A stretch of DNA of 64,000 bases from Klebsormidium nitens (lineage: Eukaryota; Plantae; Klebsormidiophyceae), in the NCBI GenBank assembly GCA_000708835.1, contig DF237047.1, positions 144,170 to 208,169 of the forward strand, given 5' to 3'. This document shows, one piece after another, positions 53,907 through 64,000 of the stretch (position 1 is its first letter; each line of letters starts with the position of its first letter). The notes below the pieces were generated by a model that did not search any database, was not told where the DNA came from, and saw only the letters and a program-made list of their open reading frames with translations. Made by a program: the position numbers and the translations under genes.

Positions 53907-56900
53907 TCATCGCTCCCCCTTACTCGTCACCAGCCGCACCTGATCAAACCCGTAGATCTTCCTCAGTTCCTTCATCGCCGCCTCTTCTGTTTGGATTGCC
54001 CGGATGTTACTTGGCCGTTCGTCCGGGTCCGGTTTGTACCACCGCATGGTACCGCTCGGGGAGGTACCGGGGCTCGCCCGCTCGGGGGCGGGGGACGTCC
54101 CCGGGCTGCCTACAGTGAAGCCTTCTCGATGCCGCCGCTGCTTTTCCTGTGAGCACGAGTGGATTTTGTTCCTGAGCTTCTGTCAATTCGCTTCGAAGGG
54201 GCTTTATCTTAGTCAATCTTGGCTCTAAGGGCCGCCGATTGGTGTACGAAAACATAACACGCGTAAAACGGGGAAGAGCAGACCGCCTTTCACCACAATC
54301 AACGACGGAATCGACACAACGGGACAGCACGCCACGAAGCTTTGTCCCTGCTTCTTGCCTCTCGTTCGAGTGTTCAAATTCAAAGTGCCTACACCGTCAG
54401 AAAAGTCGGCCGCTGAGCAAAAGAACCGTCCTAATATATCAAAATCATCCCGCAAACACACCTGGTAATTCTTGTGAACGCAAGCAATGTACTTTCAGTG
54501 CCCAGTAATGTACAGCCGGAAAAAGGCGTCAAAAAACGAGTGTAGCTTGGAAAGGGGTTTGGAACCGATCGACTCATATCAAAAAATGTAAGCTTTGCAT
54601 CAGGTTCAGGCAATGAGAGCAACAATAGCCAAAAGCCCCCCCCAAGACGACAAACAGATCCGAGAAAGGTGACAGCCTTCTCAAGAAAAGCTCTTCAAAA
54701 ATGGAAGCTTTGAAACAGAAGCACACAATTCTGGCGAAAGAAACTTCAGAGCCAAAGAAACTCCAAAGCCGAAACCGCCCCGGAATCTACCAACGCAAAA
54801 GCCTTCGTAAAGTCAAAGGGTTCAAAATCAAAGGCAACCTCCAAAAGTAACCATTGGCGCAAACAACGTTCTGCAAACGACAGCAGTCCCCGCTCACCTG
54901 CTGCTCTTGGATGTCCCGCAGTGACGACGCCGAGATCGCCGCCGACGGCGCCGCTTGTGCGGCCCATCCCTTCTGCCCCACCTCTTCCTGCGCCGCCTTC
55001 TTCTTTGACAGTTTCTCCGGCCGCACAAAGTGCGCCAAAGAGATTCTCTGCGGCCCCCCTTCCTCCGCGTCAAAGGTCTCAGACGCTATTCCCGCCCCTG
55101 CTGGGACAGAGCGCGACTGGGCCGGCTTCGTTGGTGTGAATACGCCCTTAGGCGGCGCCGGGATCGGGCTGGTCCGGGGGGGCACGTTTGCGCCGTCGGA
55201 CGCCCGCCTGTTTCGTCCGGGGGGGGTGGTGAAAGCGGACCAGCTGCCCCCTTTTTCCTGGGGACTGGACCCCCACTTGGAAAAGTCTCCGCTCGTGGAG
55301 GGGCTGCAGGACTCCGCCCGTGGTGGGCCCTGCCACGTGGCACCCTGAGGGGCCGCCATGTGGCCACTGCTGGAGGGGGGTGTGTTCGCACTGGAGGCTC
55401 TACCGGACAGCTTCGGTTTCTCCCCCCTGCCGCTTGCAGAGGGGGCATTCACACCGAGCGGTCCAGACCAGGAAATGGCTGTCGGTGTGAATCCTTGCTG
55501 ATTCTGGATCTCTCGAAGCGACGTGCTGCGGGGGGGTCCTGGAGACACACGCACGCCCCCCCAGGCAGGGCCGTCCTGTTTCGGGGGGGGTCGGAAGGGG
55601 GGGGGGGAGTAGGAGCGGCGGCCACAGCCTCCAACGCCCCACTCAGAAACATCGAGAGACCCCCCCGCTTGGCGCTCTTTTTAGGCTTGGGCGTTTTGGG
55701 GTTCGCTGGAAACGCAGGGTTTGGGGGAGTGGCGGGACTCCAGCTGTTCGGAGTGGGGGGGAGGTTGAGGCTGGTCTTCGGCCCCCCCGGGCTGGGGTCC
55801 AGCGTGCTGCGAGGGGTTTCTAACGGACTGGGGGGGAGAAGATTAGGTGCAGAGGAGGTATGTGCGGGGACCCCTGGAAGAACAAACCCTTCGGACACTT
55901 TGACGGGGCTCTTCGGCAGATCCAAGCTCTCCAGAACGCTCGTTGTTTCCGACTCCATTCTGGGAGGGGGTGACGCCGCCTCAAGCGCGCCGAGACTCGT
56001 TTCGCTCGCGCTCTTCTTCAGCAGGGGGTTTTCTTCACCCACGGCCCTACCCCCCCGCACACTCTTCCCCGCTTTACCCCCCCTCTTCGCCTTACTCTTC
56101 CCCTTCTTTCCCCTCTCCATTTCTTCGTTCTCATCCCCCCTCTCCGGCGAGAATCCGACGACCTTCCACTCCTCAGCTGACAGCTTCGCCTCTTTCGGAG
56201 GCGGTGGTTCTCTCCCTTCTTCCAACGCTTCAACCGCCGCCACAATGTCCTCTTTACTGCGCAGCTTCGCTCGCTGTTGAGAATCGAGCGCAATCCCTTC
56301 CCCTCGCCGCGCCTCCAACGCCTCGATCTGCTGCAGTTTCTTCCTCAGCGCGCGAATTCTTTTCACCGCCCCTAGTTCGTCCTTCTGCTGCAGGAACCGC
56401 CCCAGCCCAAGACCCACCGCACGACCCAAATCCATCACCACCTTCTCCTCCTTTTCCCCCGACCCGTTTCTACTTTCACGCGCCTTCTCGCTCCCCCCCT
56501 CCTCCTCCTCTAGAATCGGTTCATTCCCCGACGCTGTCGCGCAGGGCAGCGGTCTCGGCACCCAACCGCCCTGCGCCACGTGGCAGCCCATCAGGCCCTC
56601 CAGCTCCGCCAAAACGGACGGCCTGATCTGCGCGAGCATCCCCGGGGGGGTCACCATCAGAACGTAATCCAAGTTGCGCAGAACCATCGCCTGGCAAAAC
56701 GCCTTTAGTTCATCGGCTTCTAACGCGTCCGCTAGCTCTGTCATCTGTAGCACGTTCTTCGCCTCAACGATCGCCCTCGCGATCTCGCGCTCGCACAGCT
56801 CCTTCAAACTCCCGCGCGCCTCCGCTGCCTCGCCGCCCGCGACATTCGCCGGCCGCTCTACTTCCTCGTCGCTGTCGTCGCCGTCCCGCTGCATACCCGC

Positions 56901-59900
56901 CCCCTCTAGTTGCGCAACCGTCTGCTGCGGCGCCGTTCGAATCGGAAAGGGGGGGATCCAGAGAGTGGCCACCGCCACTGAGTGGCTCTCCCCCACTGCA
57001 ATCTGGGTCGTCTGCTTGAGATTTGGGATGCGCAGCGGCTCTGGCTTTTGGTCGCGGGCGCCGTCCCATGCGAAAACGGTACCCAAGGAAGTGACGACGG
57101 CCGTGCGGTGCTTGCCGGCCGAGATGGAAACGGCGTGGTGTGCCGCCAGCGCCTTGAGCTGCGGATAGGAAAAATAGCAAACAAATTGTCAGGCCAATCT
57201 TTGTAGGACATACTCAGTGCTGACGTCAGTAGTCTAATAGATGTAAGACACCCGAATCGAATTCAGTCCCAGTTCAACGCCTTTGCAGATTTTCTTTGAC
57301 CACGTGTGGAATTTCGGCGGTAGGAACCCAGCTCGCCGTTAGCAACTTGAGCAGAACAGCAAGTGGACGGACTCACTACGACGCCAGAATTCTTACCAAT
57401 GTTTTACTTCGATTTCGTAAAAGACTTCAATCTCGTGAAAGCTCCACACATTCCCAACTGTTCGGAGATCCAGACGTGCTACCCACTCTTCTCAAAATAA
57501 AACGACCGAAACCCAATCCGCTTCAGAGAAGACATTGCAATGTTGCGCGTGCCCACAAAAAGGAAGACTACACGGTGAACCGTCAGCCTTTTGAGCTGCG
57601 ACGAATGGGTAGAATGAACGGGACGAACAATGATTCCACAAGGGATCCAAGCGAAGCACGCTCAATTCCGACTTGGTGCACACCGAAGTTTTCTACTCGT
57701 CCAAGACCCAGCAGACTACAACCTTTCTACGATCCCTAGATGTGTAAAGCACCAAACTCGTCAGCCCTCTAGGGCACGAATTCATATGACACCCAAATGC
57801 CTAAAAATGACAGCGACTCGAAACCCTGATAAAAAAGAAACTGCACCCCACCTGCTGGCACCGAAGCTGCACATCGACGACTCCCAGTAGAATCACAGCC
57901 CCTCCTGCGAGATGACCGTGCAATGCAACCCCCCCCCTCACGATCGTTGTGAACCCTTCGCAACCAAAGCTTACTCCTTCAAGAAATTTACGCGCCCAGA
58001 AACCAGAAACCAAAAATCAAACAACTTTAAAAGCCCTTCAACGCTCCAACACCTTCAATAAACTTGAAACGCCTGGCGTCTTCAGAGACTTACACGTCCA
58101 AGACTTCAGAATTGGGAGACGTCCAATACCATCACGGATTCAAGACGCCCAAAATCTTCCAAGAATCAATGAAATCACATCAAACAGATTTCCAGCCCAC
58201 CTGACGGCACCGAAGTTGCACATCCGACGACTCCCAGTAGAACACCAGCCCCTCTTGCGAGATGACCGTGCTATGGACCCCCCCAGCCGCAACCGCTACC
58301 ACGTGCAGCCGCTCCGCTCGGTGGAACTTGAGTGGCGCTGGGCCGCCTTTGCGCGTGTCCCGAGCCACGTTCACGCGCCGGGGCATCACCAGCTTGTGGC
58401 CCCACGTGAACACCTGCATCAAGGGTTTCAGCAGGGTTAGGATTCGCAGCCACCAACGGAAGCTGGGGTTTGCGGGAAATTGGTTCAACCTTTTCAAAAA
58501 ACTGCGGGCTTGGTGGGAGGCCTGCCTTGCAGGTGTCCCGAGGCACGTTCACACGCCGGGGCATCACCAGCTTGTGGCCCCACGGGAAGTCTCGCAACGA
58601 GTACTGCGGAGGAACTTATCAGAGTAAGCAAAGGGTGGGAATATTCGATGAAGAACTGGATTTTGGTTGTGGGGATAGGTTTGCTTCTGGAGGAACAGAT
58701 TGGGTCAGGACGTCGTTTTAAGAACGAATGAGCTGTGAGCTCGAAGCTGATGTAAGTGGCAAATGTCTGCAAGGAAGTTTTGCGAAAATGGAGTCCCCTC
58801 GCCTGCGAATTGCGAGACAAGAGTTAAGGCCCTCGAACAGAGTATTTACGCATTGAAGCAGTGAGTCCGTGACCACCAGTCTGCGGGACGCTGCATTCAG
58901 AACGACTCTCGACACTGTCAATTTCGTAGGGACCCTGCAGATACGCGCAGCATCTCCTCGTTGTTTCCCACCCCAGACCACGACCAATTCCTCAACTGTG
59001 CATTCTCAGCCCAGGACGACCTAGTTTCGCAGCGCTACTCAGGACCGGCTTTCTCCCCACACTTCAAACAGAAACTGTCACGTCCTATTCTCACCTCCCC
59101 ATCCGCACTCAGTACAACCGTATGGTACTTGGCAACCGAGACCGCCACCAGCTGCTTCCCCTTCATCGCCTCCACGCACCGTGGCACCGAATTCGCGGCC
59201 GAGTTGCTCGTTCCGTAGCCCAGCTGACCCTCGCCGTTGCAGCCCCACGTGAAGACCTGGAAAGTGGTAGGTACAAGAGATCCGATTACTACTTCGAGCT
59301 CCTCAAACGCGAAGCTAAGTGTTCGATCTATCGTGGGATGACCGGGATTCAGATGTATCATCGTACCCAGTATCTTCCGTACCTAACGCAAAGCAGACTG
59401 CCGTTGCAACATCTCGTCACTGCATCTGACGAGCCCGACCAATCTCGGGCCCCTCAAAAACGCAAGGACAGCATGTTGCTTTCGACGGGGTGTTCGATAC
59501 GTCCCAGAAAGGCGGGGAGTCCAGTGCATTGTCGACACTCGTAAAATTCGCACCCAAAAAATTGCAGACCAGCGCTGCAACATCTTGTCCCTGCGTTGAA
59601 CGAGCCCAAGACAAATCAATCCCGGGAAACTGCTGAGGAAGACGACGGAGCAAGCCACTCACTCTACCACCAATGGTTTCATTTCACGACCGACTCAGTG
59701 TACTGGTACGAGCACAGAAACCCAGTAGTAAAAGGTTTCCCAAGGCCTGAAAGCAGCCTTTCGAAAGAGATTCACCCGTCATAAGCCGATTGCTAGCCGG
59801 GAGTCACTCACCTCCCCTTCTTTGCTTAGCACCGCACTGTGCTTGTTGGATGCGGCAACCGCGACGGCGCGCAGGCGGAAAGACGAGATGCGGCGTGGGG

Positions 59901-62900
59901 TGGGCTGCGAATCGACGGACGTGTAACCCAGCCGACCATCTGGCGACGAGATGGCAGGTATAAGCGGCTGATATCAGCATACTGAATCAAAGAAACCTCT
60001 TCTGAGTGCGGCTTCCAAAAATTGTTATAGCTAGACCTGGGCTGGGAGTCGACGGACGTATAGCCCAGCCGACCATCTGACATGAAAGTATATTTGGTTG
60101 ATACCAGCATACGAACGGTAAAAGTCGAAGAAGAAGGTAAACTACCAGACTCCGTTTTGGTTCTCGTAAACTCCAGAACCAGTGGGGCTTCGGAAAGAGG
60201 GTACAGACAGAAGGAGGCTGTGAACCGACAGACGATTAGCTCCGCCCTCGTACTAAAGACGACCCTGATGGGCATCCAAAGATTCAGTATTATCTTGGAG
60301 CCAAGCCCTCCGAGGGGATTGCTCAAGAAGCGACTTTACCACACACGTGACATTGATAAGCTACGCGGATGAGACGGGCCTGAAAAGAAAGCAAAAGAAT
60401 ACGAGGCTCGGGGCTTTACCTCTGTTCGATCCCCACGTATAGACCTCGCCGCCTTCGGTAGCGATCACCGTGTGGTGCTTAGCAGCCGCAACCGCCCGAA
60501 CCTGCTTGCCCCCCAGTCCGGTGATGACCTGGCGCGGGGTGATAACGGCCACCTGCCCACTGCAAAGCGGAAAATAAAAGTACTGCTGAGCCTGTTCACA
60601 CAACGACCGTCGGCAGGAGGTCTTCGGTGGTGAAACGTCCTGGGGACATTGAATCGGGTGCATGAACCGACTACAATAAGTGCGCGTTCTGGAGAATTCT
60701 CAGCGGACCCGTACGTCCAACAGAAGAACAGGCACTCGTCCTGCCAATCCCAAAAGGGAGATTATTGAGTTTTTGACGATCCACTGGACCAAGGAAAACC
60801 AACCGTTCTTGGAACAAGGCAGTCCACAAGCGCCGCGCTGCTCATCTGACTCTTAATTTTTAGTACGACCGCTCTGGTCAAAAAATACCTTAATGCCGAA
60901 GTTGACAGCCGTTTTGTCGAGAATGCGGTAAAACTCGGTGATATCCTGATTTGCCGCCCAAATCGGACCTTCCTGAGTCGACGTCGAAACCGTCTGCACT
61001 CCAACAAACTTTGAGCAGATGTTTCCGGACCTTATGGAGTCCATTGCGGGCCGACAACTCCCGCCAAACCCGTCATTCTTTCGACCCTCTAACTTCCGGA
61101 CTCCGACTGTCCATTCGAAAGGGTGAAAACAACTGGACTGCCTCTTGTCTGACTTGTCTGTGAAAGTCGGGTAGGCGCTTCTTTAAACATACAAGTCTTT
61201 TGAAAGTCTCCTCCGCAAGCCTCTTCAATCTTTTCAAGATGCCAAACTATTACAGAAATGTCATCTGAACTCTCGTTCCGACCAGTCAAGGCCCCCAACA
61301 GAAATGACTACATCGGCCGACTTTGTGCCACAAACACCATCCGCATGCATCCCAGAAGGGGAATATCTTCCATACCTGTGGATATGAAAGTCTGGATGGC
61401 CCAGCCGGCCCCCCCGCCCAAACCCCCACGTGAGGAGCTCCCCGTCTCTAGTTACCGCCGCGCTGTGGAACTTTGCGGCCGAGACGGTGGAAATCTCGAG
61501 GCCTTGCAAATGGTCTAACCGCACCGGCACCCGCTGAATGCCGGCGGTGCGAGTTCCGAGCTGGTAGTTGGTCCCGCTGCCCCAGGCGTAAACCTCGGTG
61601 CAAGCTGCAGCACCAGAATTGTGGGGGAATTAGGTCTTGAAGCTCATAGTCAGCGGGCATCGTTTGAAAGGGGTCAGGTCTAGAAGCAAACAGTCTATGG
61701 GAATTGCTTTGTAGGCAGTGGGAAGGTATTCAGAACAATGAGGAGACTACCAACATGGTTGTGCAAACTTGATGCAAAGCGGCTTAGCAAATTAGAAAGC
61801 CAGAAACACGAGCTACGAACTCCTCTGACGTCAAATGACTCAGTGACGCGCTCCTTGATTCTAACGTCAGATAATAAGGGCACTACTCTGACAGATCCTT
61901 TTTTCTGTCCCTGTTCTTTCTTACCACTAATTCAACCATTCTTTCTTCCCCGATGTCCCCAGAAAGACCCATTCGGTTGAAAATGGGCCTGAGAAGGAAC
62001 CGGTTGGTGTCGTTTTCGCATTTCCTTGACAATTGATATCAAGACTCACTTTCACCGGCGCACGTCTGCTTGACGTCGCCCGATATCAAATCCAGGGGGG
62101 TACGCTTCTTGGAGTCCTCAAGCTGGAGCGACGCCCCCCCATCCACGAGCGCTGCAGCCACTGCCAAGTGACCAAAGTGAAGCGCACGGTGGAGACTGCT
62201 CCAGCCAGACTCGCCGTCCTGAGGGGTTCAAAGGAGGGTTAGAATCAAGGGTGTAGGCTCTTCTTTTAGCTAACAAGAACTAAGACTTGATGAGTCTATG
62301 TCAATTGAAACTGACCAGAAACTGGCAGGTCTGCGTTTTGGATAGCAAAGAAAGGGAGCCAACCGCCACCACGCAGCCGAACCTTTGTAGTTGATCCTTT
62401 GGAAATGTTGGAATCCAGATATCAATGACGAAAAAGGGGCTAGCGGCCAACAATTGACTTCTGAAGTGCAAAGCGGTGGTGATATGTAAGGATCAAAGGA
62501 GAGCCTCCCAGGCCAATCAGGCGCTTTTGCAGAATCCTTGTTATACGAAATGTACTGCATCAGGATCGAATGTCGGCACACGGGTGCCCCAAACGATCGC
62601 TCTACTCAAGCTTTTTCATGCGGAGCTGGAGAGGCTTCCGTAATCTTACAAGAAAGTATCGCTGTAACATGTGGCAATTTCGCACAGCATGCAATGCTGG
62701 AAATTCTAGCCTTTCGAAATTCAAGCCCCAACATGGCAGCCGGGCAAGGCGGATCAAGATGAAAAAAGAGTGAAAGAACAGGACAGCCGCCAAACTTTGT
62801 CATCAGAACCATCATCGATCTCACCAGATGCCTGCTTGTGTCGCGGAAAGCAATCCTCAAACAACAGATCAAACAGCCGACACCTCTGCGTCCACATATC

Positions 62901-63141
62901 TGCTGGTTAAAGTAACCCAACCCTAACCACTCACCCTCGCATCTGGGTCAGCCCCCGCCTCGAGCAGGGCGCGCACAATCGGCAGGTGGTTGTGCCACAC
63001 GGCAAGATGGAGTGCGTTCACACCAAAGACATTCCTGGCGTCAATCCCGTTGCTGCCACTGCCCCTCACCACCCCTGTCAGCGCTGACCTCACATCTGAG
63101 ACGGTGCCGCTGCGGGCAGCCGTCCAGAGGTCCTGAACCAT
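53907..63141 (-). CDS. Ankyrin repeat + RCC1 repeat + BTB/BACK-like protein (IBTK-like plant family), 9 exons, about 1249 aa, with an apparent 1-nt frameshift at 55583-55607
   Basis: Exons 63141-62935, 62218-62050, 61604-61376, 60559-60420, 59939-59812, 59256-59095, 58413-58201, 57158-54898, 54146-53907. Ankyrin motifs NALHLAVWHNH and GWSSLHRALHFGH, RCC1 repeats (VYAWGSGTNYQLG, TWGFGRGGRLG, TWGCNGEGQLGYG), LKELCEREIA..LADALEADELK..C, and C-terminal SLRDIQ and RWYKP..IRAIQTEE. Exon 8 is 2261 nt and needs one more base to stay in frame. Confidence 0.85.
57845..60095 (-). repeat. Three intronic junction-spanning copies in the ANK-RCC1 gene
   Basis: 57845-57935 copies the exon-7 end plus donor (cag|gtgggg). 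58470-58590 copies the exon-7 start (tggggccacaagctggtgatgccccggcg). 60037-60095 copies the exon-5 acceptor and start (tcag|atggtcggctgggctatacgtccgtcgac). Confidence 0.85.
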
Positions 63142-63466
63142 CCTGGGCCGCGGTTCGGTGCCCGATTATAGGGCTCTCGCGTCACTCCATGAGCGGAAGG
63201 GTGGACCAGCCTAGCATAATGGTTGTGCACCCTCATGCAATCAACGAGACCTCCGCCAAACAACGAGTTCAAAAACAAGTGCCCCTTTGTTTGACCCGCG
63301 GCAGAGCATTGGAGGTGATCTTCCCTGTCTTGGCAAGCACGCCCACGAAGCCTACTCAGGCTCTGTTGGCGGTGTGTCTAATAGCTTCAGGTAGACAAGT
63401 TTAGCCGCTTAAATACGTAGTATGCAGCTGCCTTCATGTGTGAGACAGTGTGACGGACAAGCTGAA

Positions 63467-63708
63467 TCATGCAGAGCTAGCGTCCAACTGTGGCAGCCAT
63501 TGTGGGTTTGAATTCCAGCAAGCCAAATGAAGTTCGGTGTTAAATCTGGGCCAATCACATCGCGCCACGTCATACCCCCCAGGTACCAAAAGAGTGAAGG
63601 TGTCCGGAACGGTCGTACCAGGGGTCGAAACCTGGAGTGGGAGCCGGGTCCGGACCCAAGTGGTCCCAACCCGATCACCGGGCACTCGGAAGCTATGCCA
63701 GTGTACTC
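63467..63708 (-). CDS. Possible terminal exon of an unidentified gene entering from beyond the window end
   Basis: After ttacttag| an open 242-nt frame reads VHWHSFRVPGDRVGTTWVRTRLPLQVSTPGTTVPDTFTLLVPGGYDVARCDWPRFNTELHLACWNSNPQWLPQLDASSA*. No family recognised and no upstream exon visible. Confidence 0.3.
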
Positions 63709-63744
63709 CTAAGTAATTTACCTTCTCATCCGAAAATTCAAGTA

Positions 63745-64000
63745 CAATGTTGCAGCTTTTGCAGGTATGGCCTTACTTGCATATACATTGGCAATCTGAT
63801 CCGAGAGGCAAAACTCTGTACTACTAATCTGTTATATTCTCTTCTCCAAGACGTTAATTACAATATTGCATCTTTTCTCAGGTATGGCCTTACATACATA
63901 CATATTGGCATTCTGATCCGAGAAGGAAAACTCTGTACTATTAATCTGTTATATTCTCTTCTCCAAAAAGTCAGTTACAATATTACATCTTTTTCAGGAA
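63745..64000. repeat. Degenerate tandem repeat, period about 116 bp, at least 2.2 copies, running off the window end
   Basis: caat(g/a)ttgca..cag gtatggccttac..tctgatccgaga..aaaactctgtacta.taatctgttatattctcttctccaa starts at about 63745, 63860 and 63977. Confidence 0.9.

Noticed and set aside
55030-56280. 416-aa plus-strand ORF and other long plus-strand ORFs at 54854-57206
   Set aside because: Antisense shadows of the GC-rich ANK-RCC1 exon 8. The low-complexity products have no motifs.

Overview
Eukaryotic, intron-rich nuclear DNA with plant-type genes and GC-rich exons. A streptophyte green alga such as Klebsormidium is my inference, not confirmed. I assembled nine spliced gene models by hand, each checked for reading-frame phase at every junction: a tandem two-domain universal stress protein (+, 2633-10505), an HY5-like bZIP (-, 12529-15571), a nodulin-like MFS transporter (+, 17056-22791), a long-form tRNase Z (-, 23941-32561), a divergent SnRK2-derived kinase that may be a pseudokinase (-, 37084-41058), a TMEM184/OST-alpha protein (+, 42085-48466), a small hydrophilin (-, 49603-50319), a group-1 LEA/Em protein (+, 51260-52281) and an ankyrin-RCC1-BACK protein (-, 53907-63141, with a 1-nt frameshift in a homopolymer). 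There is also a three-copy intronless orphan family (32887-35619, one copy with a premature stop). No rRNA, tRNA, CRISPR array or recognisable transposase was found. The most striking unexplained structure is about 25 decayed tandem copies of splice-junction-spanning segments stacked inside introns of five genes. Other highlights are a possible GC-donor alternative splice that changes the bZIP basic region and three GC-AG introns among about 52.
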